From positions 10,016 to 74,015 of the IMG/VR virus record IMGVR_UViG_3300030333_007705: DNA of 64,000 bases, one strand, 5' to 3'. The stretch's first letter is position 1, and every line of letters begins with the position of its first letter. The DNA is from a virus. Below the pieces are notes generated by a model. The model was given only the letters and a program-made list of their open reading frames with translations. It was not told the DNA's origin and made no database searches. The translations under genes were made by a program, and so were the position numbers. Positions 32,787-43,154 of this stretch are shown here, in pieces.

Positions 32787-33135
32787 CTTGACTCCTAACT
32801 TCTTCAAGTGCGTGAATAACCCTCTCCACAGTGGCCCAGTCTTTTATACCTAAAGAAGACCAGACCTCTGGAGGGGTGCTATTTTTCAATGAAAGAACGG
32901 ACAAGTTTTGCCAATACTTGACCGCTTCTCTTATAATCGGCTTCTCCGCCTCAGTCGCGCATGCCGCAAGCAAAAATTGCTCAGAGTGCCTGCTGGCATA
33001 TTTTGTGATTCCCAAGCAATTAATCAAGGCTGTGCGATATACCCTTAATTTAATATTGATTCCAAGCATCCTAGAAAGGAAAGCGTGACACAGGGCGCCA
33101 CTAATAAATATAAATAAAGCTTCTGCTAATTCCAT
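32773..33135 (-). CDS. Membrane-anchored hypothetical protein
   Basis: N-terminal TM segment; SD GAGG. Confidence 0.65.
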   Translation of the reverse strand: MELAEALFIFISGALCHAFLSRMLGINIKLRVYRTALINCLGITKYASRHSEQFLLAACATEAEKPIIREAVKYWQNLSVLSLKNSTPPEVWSSLGIKDWATVERVIHALEEVRSQDEQV

Positions 33136-33144
33136 TACTACCTC

Positions 33145-33175
33145 AAAAAAAAAGCAGAGCTTTCGCTCTGCTTTT
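33145..33175 (-). terminator. Intrinsic terminator
   Basis: AAAGCAGAGC-GAAA-GCTCTGCTTT followed by a T run. Confidence 0.8.
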
Positions 33176-33201
33176 CATTATACCACTTTTACATCAATCT
33201 C

Positions 33202-33765
33202 TTAACGCTTCTTCAACAATCTTTTAGCGACGCGGCGGGTGACCTCTTGTACAATCGACTCCTCAAGATCGTCCTCGCCCTCGTCGCCTGCTGGGGCTTC
33301 GCCCCCTTCTTCGTCCTCTGGCTCATCCATGTCCATCTCTTCTTCGTCGCCAAGATCAGGCTCCTCCATGTCCATGTCGTCTTCACCGCCTGCTCCGGCA
33401 AGGATCTGGTCAATTACATCGCGAGCAGTGCGAAGAGTCTCAACATCCTCCTCGCTGATCTGGACCTCTGCTTCGACTCCTTCATCGCCGCCAGCCTCAG
33501 GATCATCGCCCATGTCCATGTCGTCTTCTTCGTCGCCCATGTCCATGTCGTCTTCTTCGTCGCCGGCCTCGGGGTCACCACCCATATCCATGTCTGCTTC
33601 TTCGCCGCCTGCTTCGTCGCCGGCTTCCATATCCATTTCGTCTTCTTCGGCCTCGAACATTTCTTCTTCTTCGAGACGATCAATAAAGTTTTCGCTTAGT
33701 GGGTGAAGATTCGCGAATTTCATCATCTTGCGAATTTCACCTTCTGATAAGAGATTCTTACTCAT
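33202..33765 (-). CDS. Highly acidic late protein (scaffold/internal-protein-like)
   Basis: D/E/M-rich core with a tandem GDEEDDMDM repeat; CTATTTA at 33803-33809. Confidence 0.8.
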   Translation of the reverse strand: MSKNLLSEGEIRKMMKFANLHPLSENFIDRLEEEEMFEAEEDEMDMEAGDEAGGEEADMDMGGDPEAGDEEDDMDMGDEEDDMDMGDDPEAGGDEGVEAEVQISEEDVETLRTARDVIDQILAGAGGEDDMDMEEPDLGDEEEMDMDEPEDEEGGEAPAGDEGEDDLEESIVQEVTRRVAKRLLKKR

Positions 33766-33801
33766 AGTATATTCTCCTTGGTATAATATGCATACTACAA
33801 A

Positions 33802-34041
33802 CTAAATAGACCCATCTGTAAAGAAACGACCTATTTTTTTTAAAACTGAATCTTCTATTTGTTTAACCCTGACAAAACTAATCCCGAGCCGCTCACCAAC
33901 ATCACGAAGAGTCATATTGCCATTCTTTTCAACCGCTTCCAGTGTGCAGTTTCTGTCTTGCTCAAAGTCTATCCAATGCCGGCACTCCTGCACAGGACAA
34001 GAAACGCCCAAGCGTTTACATGTTTTCAAGCATTCTCTCAT
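33802..34041 (-). CDS. Cys-rich sigma70 region-4-like HTH protein
   Basis: MTLRDVGERLGISFVRVKQIE. Confidence 0.75.
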   Translation of the reverse strand: MRECLKTCKRLGVSCPVQECRHWIDFEQDRNCTLEAVEKNGNMTLRDVGERLGISFVRVKQIEDSVLKKIGRFFTDGSI

Positions 34042-34376
34042 ATTCCACTCTCCGTCTCGATTATATCAAATATAGACTCAATTTCGTTTTCATCTAAATT
34101 AAATTTTTTAATATTTTCATTAGAATTTTTAATCATCTTGCTGGCTGAGGCGCGCTTGTGCTTGCCTTGCAGGTTCATTTCTGCTTTTTTCTCTGTCAGA
34201 TAGCCCACAACAGCGGGGTGGTTGTCTATATAGCCAGACAGCATGATTCTAAAAAACTGAGATTGGCTGATGCCATCATGCTGGCACCTGATCCTGAGCC
34301 TGGTTTGCCTGTCAAGAGAGTCATAGAACATGATTTTTTTTCTTTCTTTGGGCTTCGGTGCAGTTGGGTCCTTCAC
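34038..34376 (-). CDS. Hypothetical protein, possible ribbon-helix-helix
   Basis: KIMFYD...LRIRCQHDGISQSQFFR. Confidence 0.65.
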   Translation of the reverse strand: MKDPTAPKPKERKKIMFYDSLDRQTRLRIRCQHDGISQSQFFRIMLSGYIDNHPAVVGYLTEKKAEMNLQGKHKRASASKMIKNSNENIKKFNLDENEIESIFDIIETESGI

Positions 34377-35398
34377 TCATTCCTCCACAATATGTGAGTT
34401 GCGCTCTCGCTCTGGCCGGCACTAGTTTGCAAAATAAACTCAGATTTGGCTTGAAAGTCCGCTATGTTACGGCAGCCAGAGTAAGACAAGCCGCTCCGGA
34501 GGCCACCAACAATGTCACCCATAATCAAGCTCACGCTGCCTCTAAATGGGACAGTAGTTGACACACCCTCCGGCGTGGAGGATTTCCCGCGCCAGCTAGT
34601 CTGCGCAGCATGAGAGGCCATGCCTCTGTAAACCTTATACTTCTTGCCGTTGGCCTTGGTCAAGACATCGCCCGGAGTCTCAGACGAGCCGGCCAACATA
34701 GATCCTAACATAACAAAGTCGGCGCCGGCAGCGATGGCCTTTACCATGTCGCCAGTAGTCTTTATCCCGCCATCAGCAATTATCTTTGCATCGTAGGTGC
34801 TTCTTGCGCAATCCATAACGCTCTGTAGCGTCGGCATGCCGTGACCGGTCACAAGTCTCGTGGAACAGATAGACCCTCCTCCGATACCAACCCTGATAGA
34901 GTCAGCTCCAAGGGAGGCTAGCTTATCAAACCCCTCTAAAGTTGCCACGTTGCCTGCCATAATGTGAACGTCATCACCAATCCTGTTTTTTAAGTTGGTT
35001 AGGCTGCGCTCAACCATCGCATGATCTCCGTGGGCGACGTCAATGCACAAGACGTTAGCGCCGGCATCCACTAAAGCAAGTGCACGATCAATCGAATCGC
35101 CAGTCACTCCAATGGCTGCGGCAATAGTCTTGGCACCTCTAGAGTAAACTTGATAAACCAGCTTGGCCTGCTCTTTGATTGTATTATATCGATGAATGAC
35201 GCCTAGGCCGCCATGCTCGGCCATGGCCAAAGCCATAGTAGTCTCAGTAACCGTATCCATTGGACTAGAAATGACTGGCAGTGCTAGAGTGACGCCCTTG
35301 GACAAGGAAGAAGACAGGCTCACTTCTGACCTGCTTTCAATATCACTATATTTTGGCACAAGCAAAACATCATCGAACGAATATGTCTGCCTAATCAT
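34373..35398 (-). CDS. guaB: IMP dehydrogenase/GMP reductase family protein lacking CBS domains
   Basis: [40 protein letters not shown]. Confidence 0.9.
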   Translation of the reverse strand: MIRQTYSFDDVLLVPKYSDIESRSEVSLSSSLSKGVTLALPVISSPMDTVTETTMALAMAEHGGLGVIHRYNTIKEQAKLVYQVYSRGAKTIAAAIGVTGDSIDRALALVDAGANVLCIDVAHGDHAMVERSLTNLKNRIGDDVHIMAGNVATLEGFDKLASLGADSIRVGIGGGSICSTRLVTGHGMPTLQSVMDCARSTYDAKIIADGGIKTTGDMVKAIAAGADFVMLGSMLAGSSETPGDVLTKANGKKYKVYRGMASHAAQTSWRGKSSTPEGVSTTVPFRGSVSLIMGDIVGGLRSGLSYSGCRNIADFQAKSEFILQTSAGQSESATHILWRNE

Positions 35399-35681
35399 TT
35401 TCTACTCCTTTTTTTAGGGTGTCGAGCCTTCTCTTCAAGTACCATATTGCTTTCTCAATGTCTCTAATCGCTGTACCTTTATGCATGTGTCTTGAAATAT
35501 ACTTCACGGCATTGCCGCAATTAAAATCAAGATCCCAATCTTCAATAACATCGATTGTTTCATATTTGCCCTGATTGTAGTGGTCTGGATGGTCGACTAA
35601 ATTCAAGGCAAGAGTTAGAGTCTCTTCTTCCGAATTGTCAACACCCAAAAGCATTTTTATTGTCTTATTTTTATCTTTCAT
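35391..35681 (-). CDS. DUF3310 family protein
   Basis: VDHPDHY...GNAVKYISR...DIEKAIWY. Confidence 0.88.
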   Translation of the reverse strand: MKDKNKTIKMLLGVDNSEEETLTLALNLVDHPDHYNQGKYETIDVIEDWDLDFNCGNAVKYISRHMHKGTAIRDIEKAIWYLKRRLDTLKKGVEND

Positions 35682-35689
35682 CTTATCTC

Positions 35690-36202
35690 CTAGAAGCCTG
35701 GTGGCATGCCATTGAGTGGGTGCCCGTTAGGCCAAACCTGCGCCTGTTGGGGGGTCACGTCAGTGCTGCCAAGGGCCCCATCTCCGCGCTTAGAAATAGA
35801 GATTGACTCACCATAAAGATCTCCATCTGCCTTTTCAGATAAGCGGAAGGGCACCACTGGAATGAGCACAAGCTGTGCCACCTTGTCGCCCGGACAAATT
35901 GATTGTTCGTGCCGTCCGACATTGTGTAGATCAATGAAGACCTCTCCGTCGTAGCCGGAATCTACGATGTGCGCACCAACAACAAGAGAGTATTTGGCAC
36001 CCATTGAGGAGCGGTTGCAAACTTGCAGCATGTATCCATGCGGTACACCAAACCTCAAACCAGTTGGAATTAAACTATTTCCGGCTGGTGGGATGATAAC
36101 CGATTCAGTTAAGTTTGCATACACATCCAGCCCGGCGTCCGATGGATTTGAGCGAGTTGGTGTTTTTACTTTCTCATTCTTCTTGCAGTATTCTAGAATC
36201 AT
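35690..36202 (-). CDS. dut: dUTPase
   Basis: AGLD, RSS, VDSGYDGE, AQL, RGDGALGST. Confidence 0.93.
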   Translation of the reverse strand: MILEYCKKNEKVKTPTRSNPSDAGLDVYANLTESVIIPPAGNSLIPTGLRFGVPHGYMLQVCNRSSMGAKYSLVVGAHIVDSGYDGEVFIDLHNVGRHEQSICPGDKVAQLVLIPVVPFRLSEKADGDLYGESISISKRGDGALGSTDVTPQQAQVWPNGHPLNGMPPGF

Positions 36203-36449
36203 TTTCTACCTCCTGTATTGCGGCCATCGCTGTGTCCCAACATTCGGGACAATAAAGCCTAACTGCGTTTTGTTTTTCTCTAACAATCACCTTCCAGGTA
36301 TTAGCGTACTCCTTTGATTTCTTATCAAAATCTTTACGACAAGAGTAACATTCGTCACCTAGTTTGTGAAATAAGTTAATTTGTTCCTGCATGCTTTTTT
36401 TAGCACGCTTCTCTTTTGCTCTTCGCATTTTTCTTTTTAAGCTTCCCAT
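36174..36449 (-). CDS. Zn-binding hypothetical protein
   Basis: CYSC...CPEC. Confidence 0.7.
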   Translation of the reverse strand: MGSLKRKMRRAKEKRAKKSMQEQINLFHKLGDECYSCRKDFDKKSKEYANTWKVIVREKQNAVRLYCPECWDTAMAAIQEVENDSRILQEE

Positions 36450-36450
36450 A

Positions 36451-39400
36451 TTACCCCAACAGTTTGAAACCTCTAACAGAGCGCGAGCTAAAGCCCCACT
36501 CATCACTATAGTCTAGCTTGGCAGCATAAGGTCGATTAAGGTGCAATACATCATGCTCTTTGATGCCCCAGCACTTGATTGTTGTTGTCGTTGAAGTATC
36601 ATCGATAACCTTAACCAGCCAGTATGGCTTGTCATTTTTAGTTTTCTTAGGGATGATCTGCCTAGGTATAAACCACGCAACTCCAAGCTTGTTGTCCCAA
36701 TTGCCAACTGCTGGTACGCAGTATCTTTCAATTGCCTCCATGACGTTTTGTGACATGACAAGCGAAAAAGGAAACATTCCCGTCAATGAAGAGATGTACT
36801 CGATCTTCTCCTCGCTGGAAAAATCGCCCTCTGGAGAATATAGTTCAATATTTTCAACCAGCTTCTTAACGCTTTTTGGTCTGTCTTGGATGCACGCCAT
36901 CCAGAAATGTTTTGCTCCGGTGAACCTCTCATCCACAAGATTGGGGATCGCACCAGCCCTACAAAGAACGTCAAGCGCCTTCTTGTTGAGTTTTGAATAG
37001 ACAATATCTTCGTTAAACAGCAATTCTTCCACTGTGTTGAATGGCCTATTGTTGATAATCTGCTCAATAGCTTTGTCCCCCAGGCCTTTAATAGAGCTTA
37101 GTGGCTGAATCAAAGTCCTGCCGTCTTCAGCTATCTCCCACTGCTGAGTGGAAGTATTGATATCCAAAGACTTAATCTTAAATCCAGATTTTTGAGCTAG
37201 CGAGATTGCGACCTCTTTTCTGGACTCTGGTTCCTTGTCAAGGAAAGCTGCCATCCATTCCGCAGGATAGTAGTTCAATAGCCAAGCACACTGAAAGCTG
37301 AGTATAGAATAAGAAATAGCGTGAGACTTATTAAAGCCGTAACCACTGAAGTATTCAAATGTTTGCCATAGATCGCTGGCCTTTGACTCTTCAATTCCCT
37401 TCTCCTTGCAGCCCTGGATAAACTTCTCTCTGATCTTGTTCTTTTCCTTCGCACCTTTTCCTGTTCCTTTCTTAGTTAATAGTTTTCTGAGTTTGTTTCC
37501 CTCGTCCAAAGAGATGTCCTTACCAAGCTTGTGAGCCAGCAAGGCAATCTGCTCCTGAAAGATGAGGAAGCCTGCAGTTTCGCTCGTAACTTCTTTAACG
37601 GTGTCGTTTATGTATCGAATGTCTGAGCTGTTATTCTTTGCCTTTACATATTGCCTATCAACAGAGGCCGACAATGGCCCGGGCCTGTAAATAGATGTGA
37701 TAGCAGAGATGTCAATAATGTTGTTGGGCTTTGCTTTTTTGCAAAACCGTTGTGCACCGGCGTTAGTAAACTGAAATACGCCGGCGAACTTACCTTTATG
37801 AAAGATGTTTTTGTACACCTTGTCATCATTAAGATCAATCTTGTCTGGATGCAGATTCTCCTCGTAGTATTTTTTGATATCTGCAAAAGTCGGATCTTGG
37901 ATCCCGTGATGTCTTTTCAGGATGTGGCCGACGGCGGACTGAATCATCTCCAAAGTAGAAAGACCCAATAGATCAAACTTAATAAAGCCAAGCGGCTCTA
38001 AATGTCTGACGTTCATCCCCTCTGACCAAGGTGTTTGAATGACACCACCAGAACAGATCAAAGGCATGTGCTTGTCAAGATCTTCACCAATCACCACACC
38101 TCCGGCGTGACGACTGACAGAACGTACCTGCCCCACGAGAGATTCAACGTGTGTCTTGATGTGGGGGTATTTGTTCAAGAAGTTTTGCAAGGAAATAGAA
38201 TAGTCCATGACCTCTTCAAAAGTTGGAACATAGACACCAGCCTTGATGCCATGCTTTTTCTTTGCCTTGGGGGTAGCCTCCTTGACCATGCGACTAGTAA
38301 CCGCGTTGACTTCAACAAATGGCACATCATAGAACTTCCCGATATCTTTGATTAGAGATCTAAGCTGCAGAGTATTAAAGTTGGAGATAGGCACAACCGT
38401 TGTGTTGCCCCACTCCTCTGCAAGAATCTCTTTAAGGCCAAAAGCATCACTAACATCATAATCAATATCAGGATAGTCTTTTGCATCAGATCGCAAAAAA
38501 CGACTGAATAGTAGGCCGTACTTGATTGGGTCGACTTGTGTGATTCCCAGGACATAGGCGACAAGTGAGCCGGCTGCGGATCCTCGGCCCGGGCCGGCCA
38601 GCATGTGCTCGCCAGCTTTGTCTGCGATAGCCTTCATGGTGAGAAAATACTTACTAAAACCTCTGCCATTGATCGTCGTTATCTCGTGTTTTAGGCGCTC
38701 AATATACTCTTCATCATCGTCTAGGCCAAGCTTTTTAAGACCACTAATACAAGCCTTTGTCAGTGTCTCGTCGGCGTCGGCGCCATCAGGAACAACGAAG
38801 CCTGGTAGCCGCACAGTGTCGTCTGGCATAAAGTCATCAATTAGCTCATGAGCAATCCAGTGAGTGGTTGTTAGCGAATCGCGGACGACGCCATCATCGT
38901 ATTCGACGCCGGCTTCGCTGGAGTACTTCTTGTAGGAAGCCCACATCTGATCGCCGTTCTTCGGGTAAAGCTCATAACCGATCTCCTCAACACCGAGTGG
39001 AAGCTCGGAGGTCATATAATCAGGCTGCTTCTTGCCTCCTCCAAGCCAGCCCAAGCGCTTATAAAGCTCGCGCTCTTTCCAGGCGTCTGGACTGGGGTAG
39101 TGGCTGTCTGCTGTGGATATCAAATCTATGCCAAACTCGTCTTTCATTTGAATTACGAACTTATTTAAAATGTGTTGCTCCGGCACGTTATTCCACTGCA
39201 GTTCTCCATACCACCGGGAGCCGAGAGCTTTTTGCATTCGACGAGTTGTTTCGCGCATGGCGGTAAGGACAGCCTCGTCACCATCATCGCGGTTGTCCCA
39301 GTAGTCGCCAGCGTATACGCCGCCGAGACAAGCGGAGGAGGCCATGATACCTTCCCCATACTTCTCAAGCATCTTGTAATCCAAGCGCGGATATCTATAA

Positions 39401-39882
39401 AAATTATCACCTTGATGAGTTTCAGAGACAATTTTGTAAATGTTATTCAAGCCCACCTGATTAAGCGCAACCAGCACGATATGCCTGCGCGCATTGATCT
39501 TGTTCTTGGACTTCCTCTTGGAGGCTCCCTCGTCTTCTGTAGATACTTTATCTGTATCAGAAATAATCTTCTTAGCTTGTTTCTTGTCAAGCTTGACTCT
39601 CTCATACTCCTCTTTCCACTCTTCTACGGAAGGCACAAAATAGGCCTCGACGCCGAAGATGGGCTTAAAGTCTTTACCTTCCTCCTTCATCTTCTTGGCA
39701 TGCAATACTTGATAAGACAAGCCATTCATGTTGCCATGATCGGTGAGGGCAAGGGCTGACATGCCGTTTTGATATGCGAAATCCATGTGCTCTTGTGGAT
39801 ATCCAAACCCATCAAAAACTGAGCCGGCAACGCTGTGGGCGTGCAAGCCGACGAACGGAATTTGTGATACAGTTCTCTCCAT
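36451..39882 (-). CDS. dnaE: DNA polymerase III alpha subunit (family C)
   Basis: PHP domain (LHAHS, ALTDHG, DSHY), GRGSAAGSLV, PDIDYD, KFDLLGL, YGFNKSH. Confidence 0.96.
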   Translation of the reverse strand: MERTVSQIPFVGLHAHSVAGSVFDGFGYPQEHMDFAYQNGMSALALTDHGNMNGLSYQVLHAKKMKEEGKDFKPIFGVEAYFVPSVEEWKEEYERVKLDKKQAKKIISDTDKVSTEDEGASKRKSKNKINARRHIVLVALNQVGLNNIYKIVSETHQGDNFYRYPRLDYKMLEKYGEGIMASSACLGGVYAGDYWDNRDDGDEAVLTAMRETTRRMQKALGSRWYGELQWNNVPEQHILNKFVIQMKDEFGIDLISTADSHYPSPDAWKERELYKRLGWLGGGKKQPDYMTSELPLGVEEIGYELYPKNGDQMWASYKKYSSEAGVEYDDGVVRDSLTTTHWIAHELIDDFMPDDTVRLPGFVVPDGADADETLTKACISGLKKLGLDDDEEYIERLKHEITTINGRGFSKYFLTMKAIADKAGEHMLAGPGRGSAAGSLVAYVLGITQVDPIKYGLLFSRFLRSDAKDYPDIDYDVSDAFGLKEILAEEWGNTTVVPISNFNTLQLRSLIKDIGKFYDVPFVEVNAVTSRMVKEATPKAKKKHGIKAGVYVPTFEEVMDYSISLQNFLNKYPHIKTHVESLVGQVRSVSRHAGGVVIGEDLDKHMPLICSGGVIQTPWSEGMNVRHLEPLGFIKFDLLGLSTLEMIQSAVGHILKRHHGIQDPTFADIKKYYEENLHPDKIDLNDDKVYKNIFHKGKFAGVFQFTNAGAQRFCKKAKPNNIIDISAITSIYRPGPLSASVDRQYVKAKNNSSDIRYINDTVKEVTSETAGFLIFQEQIALLAHKLGKDISLDEGNKLRKLLTKKGTGKGAKEKNKIREKFIQGCKEKGIEESKASDLWQTFEYFSGYGFNKSHAISYSILSFQCAWLLNYYPAEWMAAFLDKEPESRKEVAISLAQKSGFKIKSLDINTSTQQWEIAEDGRTLIQPLSSIKGLGDKAIEQIINNRPFNTVEELLFNEDIVYSKLNKKALDVLCRAGAIPNLVDERFTGAKHFWMACIQDRPKSVKKLVENIELYSPEGDFSSEEKIEYISSLTGMFPFSLVMSQNVMEAIERYCVPAVGNWDNKLGVAWFIPRQIIPKKTKNDKPYWLVKVIDDTSTTTTIKCWGIKEHDVLHLNRPYAAKLDYSDEWGFSSRSVRGFKLLG

Positions 39883-39934
39883 CTTTTCTCCTTAAGCTAC
39901 AAAAACAATATAATGATGACTTTAAAAAAGTAAA

Positions 39935-40780
39935 TTACTCATCAAAACTAATCTCGTTCCACTCTTTGTAGCCCAATAAGCTTGGTTTTATAACATTGTT
40001 AGACTTGCCCAAAAACGAACAATAGTTAGCCCAGCTATCTATACTCTTGTAATCAGAGATTTCGATTTTCTCATGAGCACTAAAGTCCAAAGTATCGAAA
40101 ACCTCAGAAGGAGAGAAGTTGCGATAAGAGTACCTCTCGTCTTTTGATAATTTTACAGTGCGAAAAGAGTCAAGCCAAAGACCAGTTGATTTATCTCTGA
40201 CCTCGCCAACAAGTTGTTCAATGTGCTCTGGAAGCAGAGTCATTCCTAAATATTTATTGTCAACAATAGACTGACCATCGTGATTTAAGATAACACCTTT
40301 TTCATAAATAGTCCGCCTGTGGGCTTGAATTGCGTCAGGTGAGTAGTATCCGTATGGCCAAGAGACATAGAAGATATCTGGACGCGTCCATTTGCTCAGA
40401 GCGCCGGCAACCTTTAGGGCCGTGCCGGCACCATGTATGGCGCCCCAACTCAGGCAATCTCTCTTTCCCAGGTCACGCGGATGAATCGGCACATAGTAAA
40501 TTCTAATCATGCGACGGTGTTCATCTCGATTGCTCTCAAAGTGCCGATTAGCGTAGACAGGATCTTCTATCTTTTCTCCAACCTGATACCTTATCAATGG
40601 CTGGACGTCGTCATTGCAGACAATCCAGATTGTAGAGCATCCTGCATACGCGCACTCCGCAACCGAGCGTTCTACAGAAAGATAGTTTGGCGCCAAGGGC
40701 ATCAGACTCTCGTGCCATGGCATATCAAAGTCGCTCCTAAGGCCAGATACCGGTATTATACCTGCAACGTGCTTCTTCAT
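39935..40780 (-). CDS. Divergent sugar-phosphate nucleotidyltransferase-like protein
   Basis: AGIIPVSG...LMPL...ECAYAGCSTIWIV. Confidence 0.6.
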   Translation of the reverse strand: MKKHVAGIIPVSGLRSDFDMPWHESLMPLAPNYLSVERSVAECAYAGCSTIWIVCNDDVQPLIRYQVGEKIEDPVYANRHFESNRDEHRRMIRIYYVPIHPRDLGKRDCLSWGAIHGAGTALKVAGALSKWTRPDIFYVSWPYGYYSPDAIQAHRRTIYEKGVILNHDGQSIVDNKYLGMTLLPEHIEQLVGEVRDKSTGLWLDSFRTVKLSKDERYSYRNFSPSEVFDTLDFSAHEKIEISDYKSIDSWANYCSFLGKSNNVIKPSLLGYKEWNEISFDE

Positions 40781-41517
40781 CCCACCTTCACCAAAGTTAT
40801 ATTATTACTTTTTTTGTAGTCCTGCTTGTAGATTGGAAGAACATCTCTCTTCCAAAGTTCTAGCTCAACCCCAGGGAAGCCATGACTACTCAGCAGCGCT
40901 TGGGCCTTAAATCTAGACATGGTGTCACTATACTCTATTGAAGATATCTGCTGTCTGGTCATAAATGATTCCACAACCAAATCTTTGCTAGCGTGCTCTC
41001 CGTCGCGACGCGAGCTTTGAAAAAGCTGTATCTTTTTTGCAAACTCTTCGCCGTTGGCCTCAATAGAAGTTAAATCTATTTTAGAATGCCTCTTGATATC
41101 AAACCAGTCCAAAACCCTATAGCCAAGCAAAACCTGATTAAAGTCAGAATCTAAACCTGCGATGTCCTGCATGCTGAATATAGTGCAGGTCTGGTATTTG
41201 ACTCTATACATGTTGCCAGACAAGGTAAACACCTTGATGGTGTCACTGTCTAATTCAAAGCGCAAGGATTGAATCAACCCGCCAAAAGGATTCAATCCTT
41301 TCTCGTAGAGTTCAACACTAAGCGCAGACCATTGCTCTTCTAAATTATTGCCGGCTGAATCGACATCATAAGAGTGGATAGCAGGATAACTATTGAGCAG
41401 TAAATGAGTCTTGTTTTTAGTGGCAAATCGTAATGCATCTAGACTTCCTCCTATGGTTACGGCAGTCCATTGAAAATCAGCACCCGCAGCCGTCTTGCTT
41501 GGCTTCACATTCTTCAA
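40777..41517 (-). CDS. Hypothetical protein, degenerate Rossmann-like N-terminus
   Basis: AVTIGGSLDALRFA. Confidence 0.65.
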   Translation of the reverse strand: MKNVKPSKTAAGADFQWTAVTIGGSLDALRFATKNKTHLLLNSYPAIHSYDVDSAGNNLEEQWSALSVELYEKGLNPFGGLIQSLRFELDSDTIKVFTLSGNMYRVKYQTCTIFSMQDIAGLDSDFNQVLLGYRVLDWFDIKRHSKIDLTSIEANGEEFAKKIQLFQSSRRDGEHASKDLVVESFMTRQQISSIEYSDTMSRFKAQALLSSHGFPGVELELWKRDVLPIYKQDYKKSNNITLVKVG

Positions 41518-42169
41518 CTTCTTTTCTCAGCTTCATTATGTTTTTATGCCACTTCCTTAAAACACGGTAGTGTAAAGGCCTCTCCTTGCACCGGCCACCC
41601 TTCTTTTTGTAGCGTATGCCGGTCACCCAAGCAGCTAGCCATATCCTATTATCAGTTCTGTATTTGCACTTTCTCTTCACGCCAGGTATCTGGCGAACGA
41701 TATGCTTCATCCACGCGTGGGCTGAGGCGATCGGATCAGTTCTGTCTAGACCAGGGTTCATTTTTTTATAGACTGGCCAAAGTTGCAGCATCCCAATGGC
41801 CATCGGTGTTTTCTTGTTCTTGCTAAACTTTCTGTCACCTTTGGCTTTTGGATTGTAACCAGATTCCCAACATGCTGCTGCTAGGAGCATCCCCTTCATC
41901 CCAGCTGGCACGTTATATGATTTTTCAATTTCAACCAACTTCTTCAAAAGCTTCCTATCAACCTTGTCAGGTTTTCGGCGCCGACAATTAAAGATTGCTT
42001 GGTCGAGGATCTCATCATAGGTGACTGACATTTGGACCTTTCTAACAGGTTTGACGTACATGTCACTGTCCGCAATTTCAATCAAATGCACAGGCTTTGC
42101 GAAGGCCCGATCTATGTCGGTGCTCCCTGCTCCGCTAAAAATAAAATATAAAGGTAACAACCAATCCAC
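41477..42169 (-). CDS. SLT-like lytic transglycosylase
   Basis: AAACWESGYNPKA, AIGMLQL; hydrophobic N-terminus. Confidence 0.7.
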   Translation of the reverse strand: MDWLLPLYFIFSGAGSTDIDRAFAKPVHLIEIADSDMYVKPVRKVQMSVTYDEILDQAIFNCRRRKPDKVDRKLLKKLVEIEKSYNVPAGMKGMLLAAACWESGYNPKAKGDRKFSKNKKTPMAIGMLQLWPVYKKMNPGLDRTDPIASAHAWMKHIVRQIPGVKRKCKYRTDNRIWLAAWVTGIRYKKKGGRCKERPLHYRVLRKWHKNIMKLRKEVEECEAKQDGCGC

Positions 42170-42873
42170 TACTTCTCTCCTTCCGCAACTTTAAAGGCGC
42201 TCACTGCCGCTGGCCACAAATCTCTTGCTATTTCTAACATGTTATTTGCTAATTGCTGAATCTCCCACTGAGCACCCTCATGCGTTCTAAGACTTATAAA
42301 CTTAAGTAGGTTGCTTAGATTGACAGTGCCATAATATTCAGTATAAAGATTTTGAGGTAGTACGCCGCGTGCTTGTTCTCTACAAATTCCGCTATCAATT
42401 AATTTATTGTAGAGTCGTAGAGATTTGAGGTGATGACCCCTAACGAGATACGACGCACCTGAGCCGCCAGACAGACTACCCTCATCAATCACCGGGTCGA
42501 TCAAATCGTTAAAGTTACTAGCCTGTCTATTTGATTTATGTTGTGTTCTAAAGCTTTTTGGCTCATAAAACCTAATACCAACATCAGTGTACCTGCGACT
42601 GATCTCATTATAGGACCACGTACGATGCCTCATGTGCTGAGACCGCACGAACAAGGGAACACAAATTCTAAAAGTCAAAACATTGTGCTCGAAGGTTGAT
42701 GTGTGCCTATGCTCAACCAAATATTTAATTAACTTACGATCCTTGTCGTCGATCTCATCCTTGTGTTTTCCAAAAGATACGCGCGCTGCATTAACAATCG
42801 TCAAGTCGGTACCCATGCTGTCAACTAGCTCGACAAACCCCACCTTATCATCATATAGGTATTTCCTTTCCAT
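42169..42873 (-). CDS. thyX: Flavin-dependent thymidylate synthase
   Basis: AARVS, HTSTFEH, RHRTWSYNEISRRY, REQARGVLP, AQWEI. Confidence 0.95.
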   Translation of the reverse strand: MERKYLYDDKVGFVELVDSMGTDLTIVNAARVSFGKHKDEIDDKDRKLIKYLVEHRHTSTFEHNVLTFRICVPLFVRSQHMRHRTWSYNEISRRYTDVGIRFYEPKSFRTQHKSNRQASNFNDLIDPVIDEGSLSGGSGASYLVRGHHLKSLRLYNKLIDSGICREQARGVLPQNLYTEYYGTVNLSNLLKFISLRTHEGAQWEIQQLANNMLEIARDLWPAAVSAFKVAEGEK

Positions 42874-42883
42874 ACTCACTCTT

Positions 42884-43153
42884 TTAAGATTCAACTCGCG
42901 CTACGACATGACTCTCCAACACAATGTGGTGGACTTCACCGCCTACGTTAACATGCTCAAGGCTATGGCTGGGCACAACAAGACAACACCCAGACCAAAG
43001 GGCAGAATCCTCATGAGCCTTTATCAGCTTCACAACCTTGAAAGGCTCAACATCGATTTTTACATCATCCGGCACAAGTATAGTTGATTTGTCTTGTTTG
43101 TCTTCATTGAGGCAAGGCTCAACAACCAAATACCTATTTAGTGGGAATAGCAT
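42884..43153 (-). CDS. groES: GroES-like co-chaperonin
   Basis: PLNRYLVVEP, ILVPD, IVLESHVVA. Confidence 0.7.
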   Translation of the reverse strand: MLFPLNRYLVVEPCLNEDKQDKSTILVPDDVKIDVEPFKVVKLIKAHEDSALWSGCCLVVPSHSLEHVNVGGEVHHIVLESHVVARVES

Positions 43154-43154
43154 G

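Noticed and set aside
33505-33565. 27-bp tandem repeat
   Set aside because: Explained by the GDEEDDMDM low-complexity repeat in the acidic protein
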